NCBI GenBank assembly: GCA_023140195.1
Contig: JAGLME010000014.1
Span: 17,656-81,655 of the forward strand
Direction of reading: 5' to 3'
Length of the DNA stretch: 64,000 bases
DNA from: Thermoplasmata archaeon
Lineage (GTDB): Archaea; Thermoplasmatota; Thermoplasmata; RBG-16-68-12; SOIM01
The position numbers were made by a program, and so were the translations under genes. The notes beneath the pieces are model-generated. The model had not been told where the DNA came from, made no database searches, and saw nothing but the letters and a program-made list of their open reading frames with translations. Within the stretch, counting starts at the first letter, position 1. Every line of letters starts with the position of its first letter. Below, piece by piece: positions 8,255-17,052 of the stretch.

Positions 8255-9274
8255 TTGACCAAGTTTAGGAAATCGCGCAGAAGAATGGCAATATTCGTCG
8301 CCTCGTTCTTACTGGTCACCGGCATCTTCGTTTTCACTCCTAACGATATTCAAGGTTTTCTCGGAGGAGTTGGGGACGGCAAGTTCAGTTACGGTGGATG
8401 TTCCTGCCACATAGGTGAAGCACAGAGGGGCGACGGGACCATGACTTTGTGGGCTTCAACGCTCGAAGCTGATGCCAACCAGGAAGTCACCGTGATCGTG
8501 AATGTGACCGAGACAGTTCTCACCAATGACAAGATCATTGGAGTCTTCCTGCTCAGGGCGATGACGGGCAGTGATTCAGACCAGCCCTCAGAAGATGGAT
8601 GGAGGATCGACTCTGATCCAAATGGCAATGAGAACAACTATGTCATCAAGAACGCAACGGGCCTCGGATCCCCCGTTTCTTTCCAATGGGTCCTTCTGGC
8701 TCCGTTCCGGGGGGGAACCTATGACTTGACGGCGAGAGCCCAACACGGCGGGAATCTCAACAGCTGGTTCGAGACAGGCGAGGTCCTGACATTCTCTGTG
8801 ACAGGGACCCAGTTGATATCCACCAATCTGACCCTCGACGCACCAGAAGAGGTGAACGAGGATGAGCAATTCACGACATCCGCTTGGTTGACAAACGAAG
8901 ATGGCGACCCCTTGGAGGGTTTCCAGGTGGACTTCTTCAGGATTACGACGTATGGAAACATGTATCTCGGCTCCAACATAACCGATAGTGACGGGACCGC
9001 ATATCATTCGGATATCTCGTACGATATCGGGATCTTCAACATCGAAGCGCGCTTCCAGGCGACCTCCACTCACGCACCTTCCAACGCCACTGCAGAGATA
9101 CCTACCATTGGCGAAGTGGAAAGTGAGCCATTCTTGATAGGTGGGGCACCCGCCGTAATCGTGTTTCTCGTCTTTATCATCCTATTCAGCGTATGGACGA
9201 CCTTCGGCTTCGTGATCTATCAACTTGTAAGAATCAACAAAGAGGGGAAAATCGAAGAGGGTGGGAATCAATGA
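8255..9274 (+). CDS. secreted, C-terminally anchored protein with CXCH motif, paralogue of 2462-3472
   Basis: TTG start after GGGAGG. Signal/anchor, with GGCSCH at the position of GGCAVTGCH in the paralogue. SEDGW motif, Ig-like C-terminal domain and C-terminal TM helix. Confidence 0.75.
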   Translation: MTKFRKSRRRMAIFVASFLLVTGIFVFTPNDIQGFLGGVGDGKFSYGGCSCHIGEAQRGDGTMTLWASTLEADANQEVTVIVNVTETVLTNDKIIGVFLLRAMTGSDSDQPSEDGWRIDSDPNGNENNYVIKNATGLGSPVSFQWVLLAPFRGGTYDLTARAQHGGNLNSWFETGEVLTFSVTGTQLISTNLTLDAPEEVNEDEQFTTSAWLTNEDGDPLEGFQVDFFRITTYGNMYLGSNITDSDGTAYHSDISYDIGIFNIEARFQATSTHAPSNATAEIPTIGEVESEPFLIGGAPAVIVFLVFIILFSVWTTFGFVIYQLVRINKEGKIEEGGNQ

Positions 9275-10032
9275 ACGAAGAAAGGCGTCGTTTCATCAAG
9301 TTCGTCGGGCTCGGAGCCGCTGGTGTAGGTATCGGTCTGTTGGGATTCTCTAATCTTTCGAAGCTCCTTACCAGCGCCGCCGCGCTTGGTCCGAATGACC
9401 TGAAGATGAGGAAGTGGGGGATGGTCATCGATTTGGGCAAGTGCACCGGTTGTGGCGCATGTACAGAGGCGTGCCAAGCTGCGCATTTCATACCTTTCAA
9501 TCAAGAGTGGATCAAGATCTATGAGCTGCACGACAACCCTCTGGCCCCTTCATACCACTTCCCTCGGCCCTGCATGCACTGCGAGGACCCTCCCTGCAGG
9601 AACGTTTGTCCCGTGGGTGCGACCTTCAGAAGGGACGATGGCGTCGTATTGATCGACCATAGAATATGCATAGGCTGCCGGTATTGCATGGTCGCCTGCC
9701 CGTACTCAGCACGATACTTCAACTGGGGCGATCCTCCCCACACTCCAGAGGAACTCGCACATGATTATTCGCCTGAAGAACCCTGGCCACATCAAAGAGG
9801 AGTGGTCGAGAAGTGCGATTTCTGCGTGACCCACGGCGAGAAGGGCATGCTTCCAGCATGCGTGATAGGTTGCCCTTCGGGTGCGGTCTATTACGGCGAT
9901 CTCGCGGAGGATGCGGTGTCCAATGGTAAGGAGATACTCAGGGTTTCAGAAGTGATGAGGGTCAGGCAGGGATACAGGTTCAAAGAGGAATTGGGAACTC
10001 ACCCGCGGGTGTACTATCTGCCTCGTGGTTGA
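9271..10032 (+). CDS. NrfC/PsrB/DmsB-family 4x[4Fe-4S] electron-transfer subunit with Tat signal
   Basis: ATG at 9271 overlaps the upstream stop (ATGA). Tat motif RRRFIKFVG. Cluster motifs: CTGCGACTEAC, CMHCEDPPCRNVCP, CIGCRYCMVACP, CDFC...CVIGCP. Confidence 0.9.
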   Translation: MNEERRRFIKFVGLGAAGVGIGLLGFSNLSKLLTSAAALGPNDLKMRKWGMVIDLGKCTGCGACTEACQAAHFIPFNQEWIKIYELHDNPLAPSYHFPRPCMHCEDPPCRNVCPVGATFRRDDGVVLIDHRICIGCRYCMVACPYSARYFNWGDPPHTPEELAHDYSPEEPWPHQRGVVEKCDFCVTHGEKGMLPACVIGCPSGAVYYGDLAEDAVSNGKEILRVSEVMRVRQGYRFKEELGTHPRVYYLPRG

Positions 10033-10044
10033 ATCGGTGATCGT

Positions 10045-11355
10045 TTGAAAGACGAGAAGATGTCCGATGAAGAGATGGAACGCATCGTATTCAGACCTCT
10101 GGTCTACTCAGGCCGAGGCTTCTATGCACTAGTGGTTCTGCTCTCGGGTCTGACCCTTCTTGGTGTATACGCATACATCACCCAACTGTCACAAGGGCTC
10201 ATAGTCACTGGGATGAACGACGAGGTCATCTGGGGAATATACATCACCAATTTCGTTTTCTTCATCGGCATCAGTCACGCCGGCACTCTGATATCAGCGA
10301 TTCTGAGGCTGACAAAGGCCGAGTGGAGGAGACCAATCACCAGAATGGCCGAGGCCATCACCGTCTTCGCGCTGATTGTTGGCGGATCGATGATCCTGAT
10401 AGACATGGGTCGCCCGGACAGGATTCAGAACGTCATCTTCTTCGGAAGGATGCAGTCAGCTATACTCTGGGATTTCCTCTCCATCGCGACCTACCTGACT
10501 GGGAGCTTCATCTATCTGTACCTTCCATTGATTCCAGATCTAGCTAGGCTAAGAGATAAGCTGAAGAACGTCTCCCGATTCAAGATGTGGATATACCGAA
10601 AGTTCTCACTGAATTGGAAGGACACCCCTGAACAGAAGAGGAGACTGGAGCTGGGCATAGGCATCATGGCTGTTCTCATCGTGCCGATCGCGGTTTCGGT
10701 TCACACTGTCGTCTCGTGGATTTTCGGTATGACAACTAGGGCTGGCTGGCACAGTACGATATTCGGTCCATACTTCGTGGTCGGTGCGATATTCTCAGGC
10801 ATCGCTTCCGTCATAATCGCCATGGCGATCTTGCGTAAGGCCTACGGCCTTGAGAAGTTCCTCAAACCAAAACATTTCAAGTATCTCGGCCTGATGCTCT
10901 TGACTCTCAACATCGCTTATCTGTACTTCACCTTGAGCGAATACCTGACGACGGGGTACTCAGGTCCTGAGGCAGAGGCTCTATTACTGGAGCAGATCTT
11001 CGGCGGTTCATATGCAACGTACTTCTGGATATTCGCGGTGTTCGGCATAATAATTCCAGCCTTCATTCTGGCCATTCCTAAGACAAGGACCATCGGTGGA
11101 ATCGTGGTGGCATCGGTGATGGTGAATCTTGGGATGTGGATCAAGCGGTTCATAATCACGGTTCCATCTTTGGCTGTTCCTCAAGTGGGTCTTGAGTGGG
11201 GAATGTACTCTCCAACTTGGGTTGAGTGGGCTATTACTCTCGGAGCGTTCTCAGCGTTCTCCCTTCTGTTCCTGCTATTCTCGAAATTCTTCCCATTGAT
11301 TTCCATCTGGGAGGTCAAGGAGGCACCAGCCACATCAGACGAGGTGTCCGAATAG
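10045..11355 (+). CDS. NrfD/PsrC-family polytopic quinone-interacting membrane subunit
   Basis: 436 aa with about 10 TM helices, sited immediately after the NrfC-type gene. Start is TTG 10045 or ATG 10060. Confidence 0.85.
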   Translation: MKDEKMSDEEMERIVFRPLVYSGRGFYALVVLLSGLTLLGVYAYITQLSQGLIVTGMNDEVIWGIYITNFVFFIGISHAGTLISAILRLTKAEWRRPITRMAEAITVFALIVGGSMILIDMGRPDRIQNVIFFGRMQSAILWDFLSIATYLTGSFIYLYLPLIPDLARLRDKLKNVSRFKMWIYRKFSLNWKDTPEQKRRLELGIGIMAVLIVPIAVSVHTVVSWIFGMTTRAGWHSTIFGPYFVVGAIFSGIASVIIAMAILRKAYGLEKFLKPKHFKYLGLMLLTLNIAYLYFTLSEYLTTGYSGPEAEALLLEQIFGGSYATYFWIFAVFGIIIPAFILAIPKTRTIGGIVVASVMVNLGMWIKRFIITVPSLAVPQVGLEWGMYSPTWVEWAITLGAFSAFSLLFLLFSKFFPLISIWEVKEAPATSDEVSE

Positions 11356-11500
11356 CCGGCACCTGCTCCTCCAGCATCCGCAGACTAGATTGATTTGCCT
11401 CTGTGTCGCTTCCTCACCCCTGAACTGATTCTAGGCGACTTTCTCGACATCGTGAGAGGTTTAAATACGAGGTAAATCTGTTCAATTGACTGGTGAGACA

Positions 11501-12211
11501 ATGATTCTCGGTGTATATGGCCTGAAGGATTCTGGGAAGACGACTCTTGTCGAGGGCCTGACAAATCGACTCACAGAGATGGGGTATTCGGTCGGAACTG
11601 TCAAACACACCCACCTCAAAGATGTCGGTCTGGATGTGGAAGGCTCTGATACATGGAAGCATGCGAGAGCAGGCGCTGGTATCGTCGCATTGAGCTCAAG
11701 CGAGGAGACCATGTTCTTGGTGAAGCGGGAGCTGAAACTGGGAGAAATCGAGACCGCCATGGGTAGCATATCACCGTTCGATCTCCTTTTGGTCGAGGGC
11801 TTCAAAGGCGAAGACATGCCCAAGATCGCCGTCGGAGACATTGAGGAGGAAAGCAACACAGTCCTCAGGTTCACGGACAATATCGACGAGATCGTTGAAT
11901 TCGCTCGAAACAACATAGAATCGGAGAGGATATTGGCAAGACTGCCCGGACTCGATTGTGAGAAATGTGGTTTCCTGTGTGCTGGCATGGCCGCCGAAAT
12001 ACTGGATCACCAGAGGTCTTTCGAGGATTGCGTCTACTACTCGACCGATGTCCTCGTCAGAACCAAAGTCAATGGCAAGAAGATACCTATGGGCAAGTTC
12101 GCAAAGGACGTTCTATCCAAGACGTTGAAGGGTTTGGTCTCTTCCCTCAAGGGCGTCCCCGAGGAGGAGGTCGAGACAATCGAGATCGAAGTCAGCATGA
12201 CCGAGAACTGA
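11501..12211 (+). CDS. mobB: molybdopterin-guanine dinucleotide biosynthesis adapter MobB with C-terminal Cys-containing domain
   Basis: MILGVYGLKDSGKTTLVEGL P-loop and VKHTH motif. C-terminal LPGLDCEKCGFLCAGMA domain. TATA-like GGTTTAAATACG at about 11458. Confidence 0.8.
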   Translation: MILGVYGLKDSGKTTLVEGLTNRLTEMGYSVGTVKHTHLKDVGLDVEGSDTWKHARAGAGIVALSSSEETMFLVKRELKLGEIETAMGSISPFDLLLVEGFKGEDMPKIAVGDIEEESNTVLRFTDNIDEIVEFARNNIESERILARLPGLDCEKCGFLCAGMAAEILDHQRSFEDCVYYSTDVLVRTKVNGKKIPMGKFAKDVLSKTLKGLVSSLKGVPEEEVETIEIEVSMTEN

Positions 12212-12305
12212 CGGCTCCTCAGTGTGCTTCATCGTCTGTGATTCCAGGTCAGTCAGTCTGATAATCGGGAAAGGATAAATAGGACTGGTTCAATCTTCTA
12301 AACCC

Positions 12306-13112
12306 TTGTCATTCGAATGGCTCAATGCATATCTGGAACATCTGGATGATCTGCGAAAGAGGATCATTGTCATAGCCGCGTCAATCGGCGCGATATTCTT
12401 CTTCTGCATAGTCTTCGAACTCAAATCTGTGGTGGTTTCCGGTATCACACTGGCCTATCCCTACCCTAACCCATTCAACCCGGTGGCAATACAGTTATTC
12501 ACGAAGATGCGAGCGGATTTGGTCCCAGCTGCGATCAACGGCCAGCCCATCATCACCGCCGTTCTCACCCCTCTGGACGCCATCATGGTCGAGATCAAGG
12601 TCGCTCTCTTCATTGCCGTGGCGATCGGGATGCCAATAATCGTCTATCAGATCGGAAAGTTCATTGCTCCAGCTCTGAAGCCAAAGGAGAAGAGCCTCCT
12701 GATCAAGATCGCGCTCCCCTCTGCCCTGTTGTTCATCGCAGGCGCCGTCTTCGCGTACATGTTTGTCGTGCCATTCGTGTTCTCCTTCTTGTACAGAATA
12801 GCTGGGAGCATGGTCGACCAGACATTCCTCAGTCCTGGAGAGTTCATCGATTTCACCTTGACCTTTCTGATAGGATTCGGATTGGCTTTCGAACTTCCAG
12901 TTTTCATGGTCGGTCTTTGTGCATTGGGTCTTGTTCAACCAGACTTCTGGAAGAAGAACTGGAGATATTCCACAGTGGCAATATTCGTCTTCGGAGCGGT
13001 CATCACTCCTGATGGCAGTGGGGTGACCATGTTTCTGGTGGCGATCCCTATGCTCGTGCTTTACGTGGCTGGCTATTTGATATCGAGATACAAATACCGT
13101 GGGGAGAGTTGA
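12306..13112 (+). CDS. tatC: twin-arginine translocase subunit TatC
   Basis: 268 aa with 6 TM helices and a TatC-like N-terminus (LEHLDDLRKRIIVIAASIGAIFFF). TTG start; no in-frame ATG nearby. Confidence 0.8.
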   Translation: MSFEWLNAYLEHLDDLRKRIIVIAASIGAIFFFCIVFELKSVVVSGITLAYPYPNPFNPVAIQLFTKMRADLVPAAINGQPIITAVLTPLDAIMVEIKVALFIAVAIGMPIIVYQIGKFIAPALKPKEKSLLIKIALPSALLFIAGAVFAYMFVVPFVFSFLYRIAGSMVDQTFLSPGEFIDFTLTFLIGFGLAFELPVFMVGLCALGLVQPDFWKKNWRYSTVAIFVFGAVITPDGSGVTMFLVAIPMLVLYVAGYLISRYKYRGES

Positions 13113-13184
13113 CTGGCTGACTCTCTGTGTCTACCGCCGAAAAGCTAATAAGCCTTGACGCAATTGAAAACCCTGGGTGAAATC

Positions 13185-13583
13185 ATGGGTCTGCTTGATC
13201 CTGGACCGGAATTAATAATCCTGATATTCATAGTAGTTATACTGCTTTTTGGCGCGAAGAAGATCCCCGAACTTGCCAGAGGGGTAGGCAGAGCGATGGG
13301 TGAGTTCAAGAGGGGGAAGATGGAGATCGAGCGGGAGATAGCCCAATCCTCATCTGCTGGCGCGGCGTCTGCAGCCGGTGGCGATGGAATTACTGCTGCC
13401 GCGAAAGAACTGGGGCTCATCGTGGAAGGTCGAAGCGAGGCCGAGCTGAGGGGCAAGATCCTCGAAGAGATCCCCAAGAGGGACAGAGTCATTGTTGTCA
13501 GTGTTGCCAAGGCATTCAGGATTGATGTTGAAGGCATAGGCGTTGACGAGCTTAGGGAACGCATTCTGGTTGCGTTGCAGTAG
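13185..13583 (+). CDS. tatA: TatA/E-type translocase subunit with extended C-terminal domain
   Basis: MGLLDPGPELIILIFIVVILLFGAKKIPELARGVGRAMGEFKRG gives a TatA TM helix plus amphipathic helix. An additional ~60-aa C-terminal region contains two ELGLIVEG...ELR..IL-type motifs. Confidence 0.8.
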   Translation: MGLLDPGPELIILIFIVVILLFGAKKIPELARGVGRAMGEFKRGKMEIEREIAQSSSAGAASAAGGDGITAAAKELGLIVEGRSEAELRGKILEEIPKRDRVIVVSVAKAFRIDVEGIGVDELRERILVALQ

Positions 13584-13600
13584 TATCATAGATTCGTCTT

Positions 13601-13612
13601 CTTGGCTTTTTT
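13601..13612 (+). terminator. possible oligo-T terminator after tatA
   Basis: TTGGCTTTTTTC T-tract about 20 nt after the stop. Confidence 0.3.
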
Positions 13613-13689
13613 CTAGCATCTAGCATTCTCATGACCAGTCCATATCCCCCCCGGGACAAGAGTCCAAAAAGTAATTAAGTGGCAATCCT

Positions 13690-13860
13690 ATGCGTGGACT
13701 CATGAGCGATAAGGAAGAAGCTGAGAGACTCTTGGCCGTCATGAGTGGTATCGAGGCTCTGGACTACAGAACAAGGGTGATTCTCACAATACTACTGATA
13801 ATCCTCGCTACAAACATAGCGTTCTTCGTGTGGCTCTTGGCAAGCTGGCCTATTGGTTAG
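13690..13860 (+). CDS. possible 56-aa single-TM protein
   Basis: ATG ORF below the track cutoff: MRGLMSDKEEAERLLAVMSGIEALDYRTRVILTILLIILATNIAFFVWLLASWPIG. One clear TM helix. No homology evidence. Confidence 0.3.
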   Translation: MRGLMSDKEEAERLLAVMSGIEALDYRTRVILTILLIILATNIAFFVWLLASWPIG

Positions 13861-13927
13861 ATCCGCATCATTGTTTCACGCAATTCGATGTGTTTGGGAT
13901 GTACGTTTCATGTGGGGAACGAAGGGC

Positions 13928-14827
13928 TCACTCCTCTTCCCCATAACACTGCCCCGGACAGAGCGTTTCTGGATAATCTTCCCTCAGTTTTGAACGCAAT
14001 TCATAACAGAAGTGGCAAGCATCAGCGTACTCCCCATCAGGTGTGCATGCGTATTTCCTGGAGAGCTCAACAGGGCCACCAGCAGCCAGAGGACCGATCA
14101 TTGGATGTGATCTGTAATCGTAGTTCTTGATTATCTCTGAGAAGGGCTTCTCGAAAAGATTCCCAATCGTCAGGCCCTGACATACGTGAACGAACCCAAA
14201 CGGATCAACGTGTACTCTTCCAGGGTCCTCCAGGTCCTCATGAGGGCATTCATCGAACTCTTCCCAAGACTTCTTGGGGGCATCCTCGGTCAGGTTCACT
14301 GCCGCTCTACCCTTGTACATCACTCCTCCGAACCCAACTTCAGCCTCACCCACTTTGTCCTTTTTCACGGTATCTCCGTAGTCGATGGACATGATGTTCA
14401 CCGGTATGCCCAATTCCACTGCAGCATCTGCAGCGTTCTTGGTTCGTTCCGATTCCAGATCTTCGTAGTGGAACGGGTCTGCGCTCAGAGAAAGTGACCT
14501 CAATCCCAGCTTGGAGATAGGTCTTAGCCATAACTTGGAGTCCTCTGGGTATGTCGCCCAGTAAGCATTTGACAGAAGCCCGACATCAAAGCCCTTGTCC
14601 TTTGCCATCTTGAGCGACTCAACTAGAACTGGATAGTACAGGAAAGGCTCCCCACCCTCGAAATAGACATGATCCACGGTCCCGATCTTCTTTGATTCCT
14701 CAAGGATCTCCTCGACCTGAGCAAGGGACATCACACCCATGGCTTCCGGCCCACTCCAGACAAAACAGTGGTCACATTCTTCGATACATCTGTAGGTCAG
14801 CAAGAAATGAACGCCTGTCAACGGCAA
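13928..14827 (-). CDS. radical SAM enzyme with Cys-rich C-terminal (SPASM/twitch-like) region
   Basis: CIEECDHC (CX3CX2C) near the N-terminus, GGEPFL motif, and 8 further Cys in the C-terminal third (CPHED, VCQG, ACTPDG, ACHFC, LCPGQC). TTG start. Confidence 0.85.
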   Translation of the reverse strand: MPLTGVHFLLTYRCIEECDHCFVWSGPEAMGVMSLAQVEEILEESKKIGTVDHVYFEGGEPFLYYPVLVESLKMAKDKGFDVGLLSNAYWATYPEDSKLWLRPISKLGLRSLSLSADPFHYEDLESERTKNAADAAVELGIPVNIMSIDYGDTVKKDKVGEAEVGFGGVMYKGRAAVNLTEDAPKKSWEEFDECPHEDLEDPGRVHVDPFGFVHVCQGLTIGNLFEKPFSEIIKNYDYRSHPMIGPLAAGGPVELSRKYACTPDGEYADACHFCYELRSKLREDYPETLCPGQCYGEEE

Positions 14828-14898
14828 TCTATCACCATGACTGATATGAAAAATGACTAGAAAAGAGTTGGGAGAAAAAGAAAAGAGGGGAAGAGGGG

Positions 14899-16890
14899 CT
14901 AGATCCTCTTCTTGAAGAACTCCATGGCCAGCACGGTCTCGTTGTCCATCTCTCCGTCCTCGTCCGTGTCCTCGCCTTCGTAATGGTAGACTATCACGTG
15001 GACTATGTTGGGCTCTCCATCATCATCGGGATCGACCGCTTCGTACAACAGGGCCGTGACCTTTGACTTCTCCTTCACTCCGTTGCTGTTCTCATCCCAG
15101 CTCTCCGCATGCACCGCAAAGAGCCTCTCCGCTTCATGGGTCCCATCTTCGTCCAGGTCGATGTACTGGAAGCCCAAGACAACCAGCAGCTCGTGCTCGG
15201 CGTTCCCATCATCGTTGTCATCCTGGAGCTCGTATGCGATCACTATGACCCCTGCGTATTCAGGCGTTCCGTTCGAGTTCATGTCAAGCATCTCGGCTGC
15301 CATTATGGCGGCGAAAGCGCTCTCGTTGTTGCCATTGCTGTTGGTGTCGTTCACCTGAGCCGTTCCCATGAGCGCCCTCTGGAACTCCGGGGCGCCATCC
15401 TCGTTTATGTCCAGACGCTGATAGGCGAGGAACTCCAGCTTGTCCTTCTCGGTGATGCCGTCCTCGATCTCGTCGGTCCTCTCGAATCTGATTGCCAGGA
15501 CACCAGTGTATTCAGGGACACCGTTGCTTGTGAGGTCTATGCCCTCGTATGCTCCGATCTCCGCGGACATCTTCTCCTGGAAACCGTTGGAGTTCTCGTC
15601 AAGCACTTCCAGGCTCAGGGAGAAGGCCTTCTCGACCTCTGGGTTCCCGTCCACGTCAAGGTCCAGCTTCTCGTATGCCCATGCCTTTGCCGTCATCGTC
15701 TCATTGTTCCCGTCGTCGTTGTCATCAACGGCGCTAAACTCGATCACCGCTGCGCCCTCATATTCGAGTGTCCCGTCGTCATGGATGTCATATGATCGAT
15801 AGCCAGCTATCCTTGCGTAGGTGTATTCTGGGAGCTCGTTCTCGTTCTCGTCCATCATCTCAAGTTCAATTGTCAAAGCCCTCTGGAACTCGTAGTTGCC
15901 GCTTTCATTGGCATCAACGTGCTCATAACAGCCGGCCTTGCCGATGATCCAGCTGGGCACCCCGTCGTCATCGAAGTCCTCTATCGTTGCCCGAAGCGTG
16001 CAGACTCCCTCGTATTCCTGGTATCCATTGCTCGTCGGGTCAAGTGTCAGATAGGCTCCAGCGAAGACCTCGGCCTTGTTGAACGTACCGTCCGAATCAA
16101 CGTCCCAAGCCTGGATCTCCTTCACCAGAACAAGCCTGATCTCCGGGTTTCCGTCGTCGTTCTCGTCGACCTCGCAGATGCCCATGATCGTCACGTTGAT
16201 GTACTCGGGATTACCGTCACCATCCGCGTCCTCGAAGTAAATGCTCCTTGTCCAGACGCACAGGGGGTCCTCGTCTTCGTCGTTCATGACCTTGGTGAGA
16301 AGGTCCGTGTCATATTGTTCGTCCATCTCCCGTGTCTCTTCAGTGCCCTCTAGAAGCATGCCAGCAAGGTCTCCCAGATCTCCGTCCTCTCCCTGCTCCA
16401 TGTCAAGTCCTTTCTGGTCCAGGATCTCTGAGATCTCGCCCAGGTTGTCCTTGTCCTTGAACTCCGCCGGGTCAAAAGGTTCTACCGGATAATCGGGATA
16501 TTCCTGTCGTGCCACATCCCATGGGTTACCGACGCTGTCCTTCGTCGTGGGGACGGTGGGCTCTTCCGCTTCTTCGGCTTCCTCAATACTCTTCTCGATC
16601 TCTGATTCATGTGTAATACCGGATTCCTTTCCTTCCGCGAACGTCACTGCTTCAATCTCAGCGGAATCGTCCATCTCGGCGCTCCTCGTGCCTTCGAACT
16701 TGGCTGAGGGATCCTCCTGATTGAAGCCCGTGACCTTCTGGTAATCGCTGTTATCCTCAAAGCTCGTCATTCCATAGTTCCCAGAGAGGATCACAGATAA
16801 TCCAATCGCTCCCAAAATCATGCACACACTAGCCAAAATCACTGGCAGTTTGCTGCTCTTTTCCGGAATTGGTGTTCCGTACATTTCCAA
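14899..16890 (-). CDS. N-terminally anchored, extremely acidic repeat protein with about 21 DxDxDG-type loops
   Basis: TM helix LPVILASVCMILGAIGLSVILSG. Acidic linker, then repeats every ~22 aa with consensus D-x-[DN]-x-[DN]-G-x-x-E followed by an alternating hydrophobic strand. Likely ATG at 16884. Confidence 0.85.
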   Translation of the reverse strand: MEMYGTPIPEKSSKLPVILASVCMILGAIGLSVILSGNYGMTSFEDNSDYQKVTGFNQEDPSAKFEGTRSAEMDDSAEIEAVTFAEGKESGITHESEIEKSIEEAEEAEEPTVPTTKDSVGNPWDVARQEYPDYPVEPFDPAEFKDKDNLGEISEILDQKGLDMEQGEDGDLGDLAGMLLEGTEETREMDEQYDTDLLTKVMNDEDEDPLCVWTRSIYFEDADGDGNPEYINVTIMGICEVDENDDGNPEIRLVLVKEIQAWDVDSDGTFNKAEVFAGAYLTLDPTSNGYQEYEGVCTLRATIEDFDDDGVPSWIIGKAGCYEHVDANESGNYEFQRALTIELEMMDENENELPEYTYARIAGYRSYDIHDDGTLEYEGAAVIEFSAVDDNDDGNNETMTAKAWAYEKLDLDVDGNPEVEKAFSLSLEVLDENSNGFQEKMSAEIGAYEGIDLTSNGVPEYTGVLAIRFERTDEIEDGITEKDKLEFLAYQRLDINEDGAPEFQRALMGTAQVNDTNSNGNNESAFAAIMAAEMLDMNSNGTPEYAGVIVIAYELQDDNDDGNAEHELLVVLGFQYIDLDEDGTHEAERLFAVHAESWDENSNGVKEKSKVTALLYEAVDPDDDGEPNIVHVIVYHYEGEDTDEDGEMDNETVLAMEFFKKRI

Positions 16891-16917
16891 ACCTCAAGAA
16901 TAGATGCTGGTGAAGGG

Positions 16918-16975
16918 GTATATAAAGGACTGAAACTCTCTTACAGAACAAAGTTTCCGTAGTCTTTATATATGG
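16918..16975. promoter_or_regulatory. divergent promoter region with two TATA-like boxes
   Basis: GTATATAAAGG (16918-16928, serving the minus-strand gene starting at 16884/16890) and CTTTATATATGG (16964-16975, serving the GTPase gene at 17053). Confidence 0.4.
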
Positions 16976-17052
16976 GAAATCGGGCCCCGGAGCCAGACGA
17001 TTCCCGAAGAAATAACCATATATTGTGATACTGATACGCCCACGGAGCGAGG

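Noticed and set aside
15005-16492. Several long plus-strand ORFs (e.g. 15109-15795, 15440-15802, 15919-16353) antisense to the acidic repeat gene
   Set aside because: They are mirror images of GAC/GAG/GGC-rich repeat codons, giving Val/Leu/Ser/Pro-rich low-complexity products. They have no start context, and the minus-strand frame has a clear TM helix and periodic motif.
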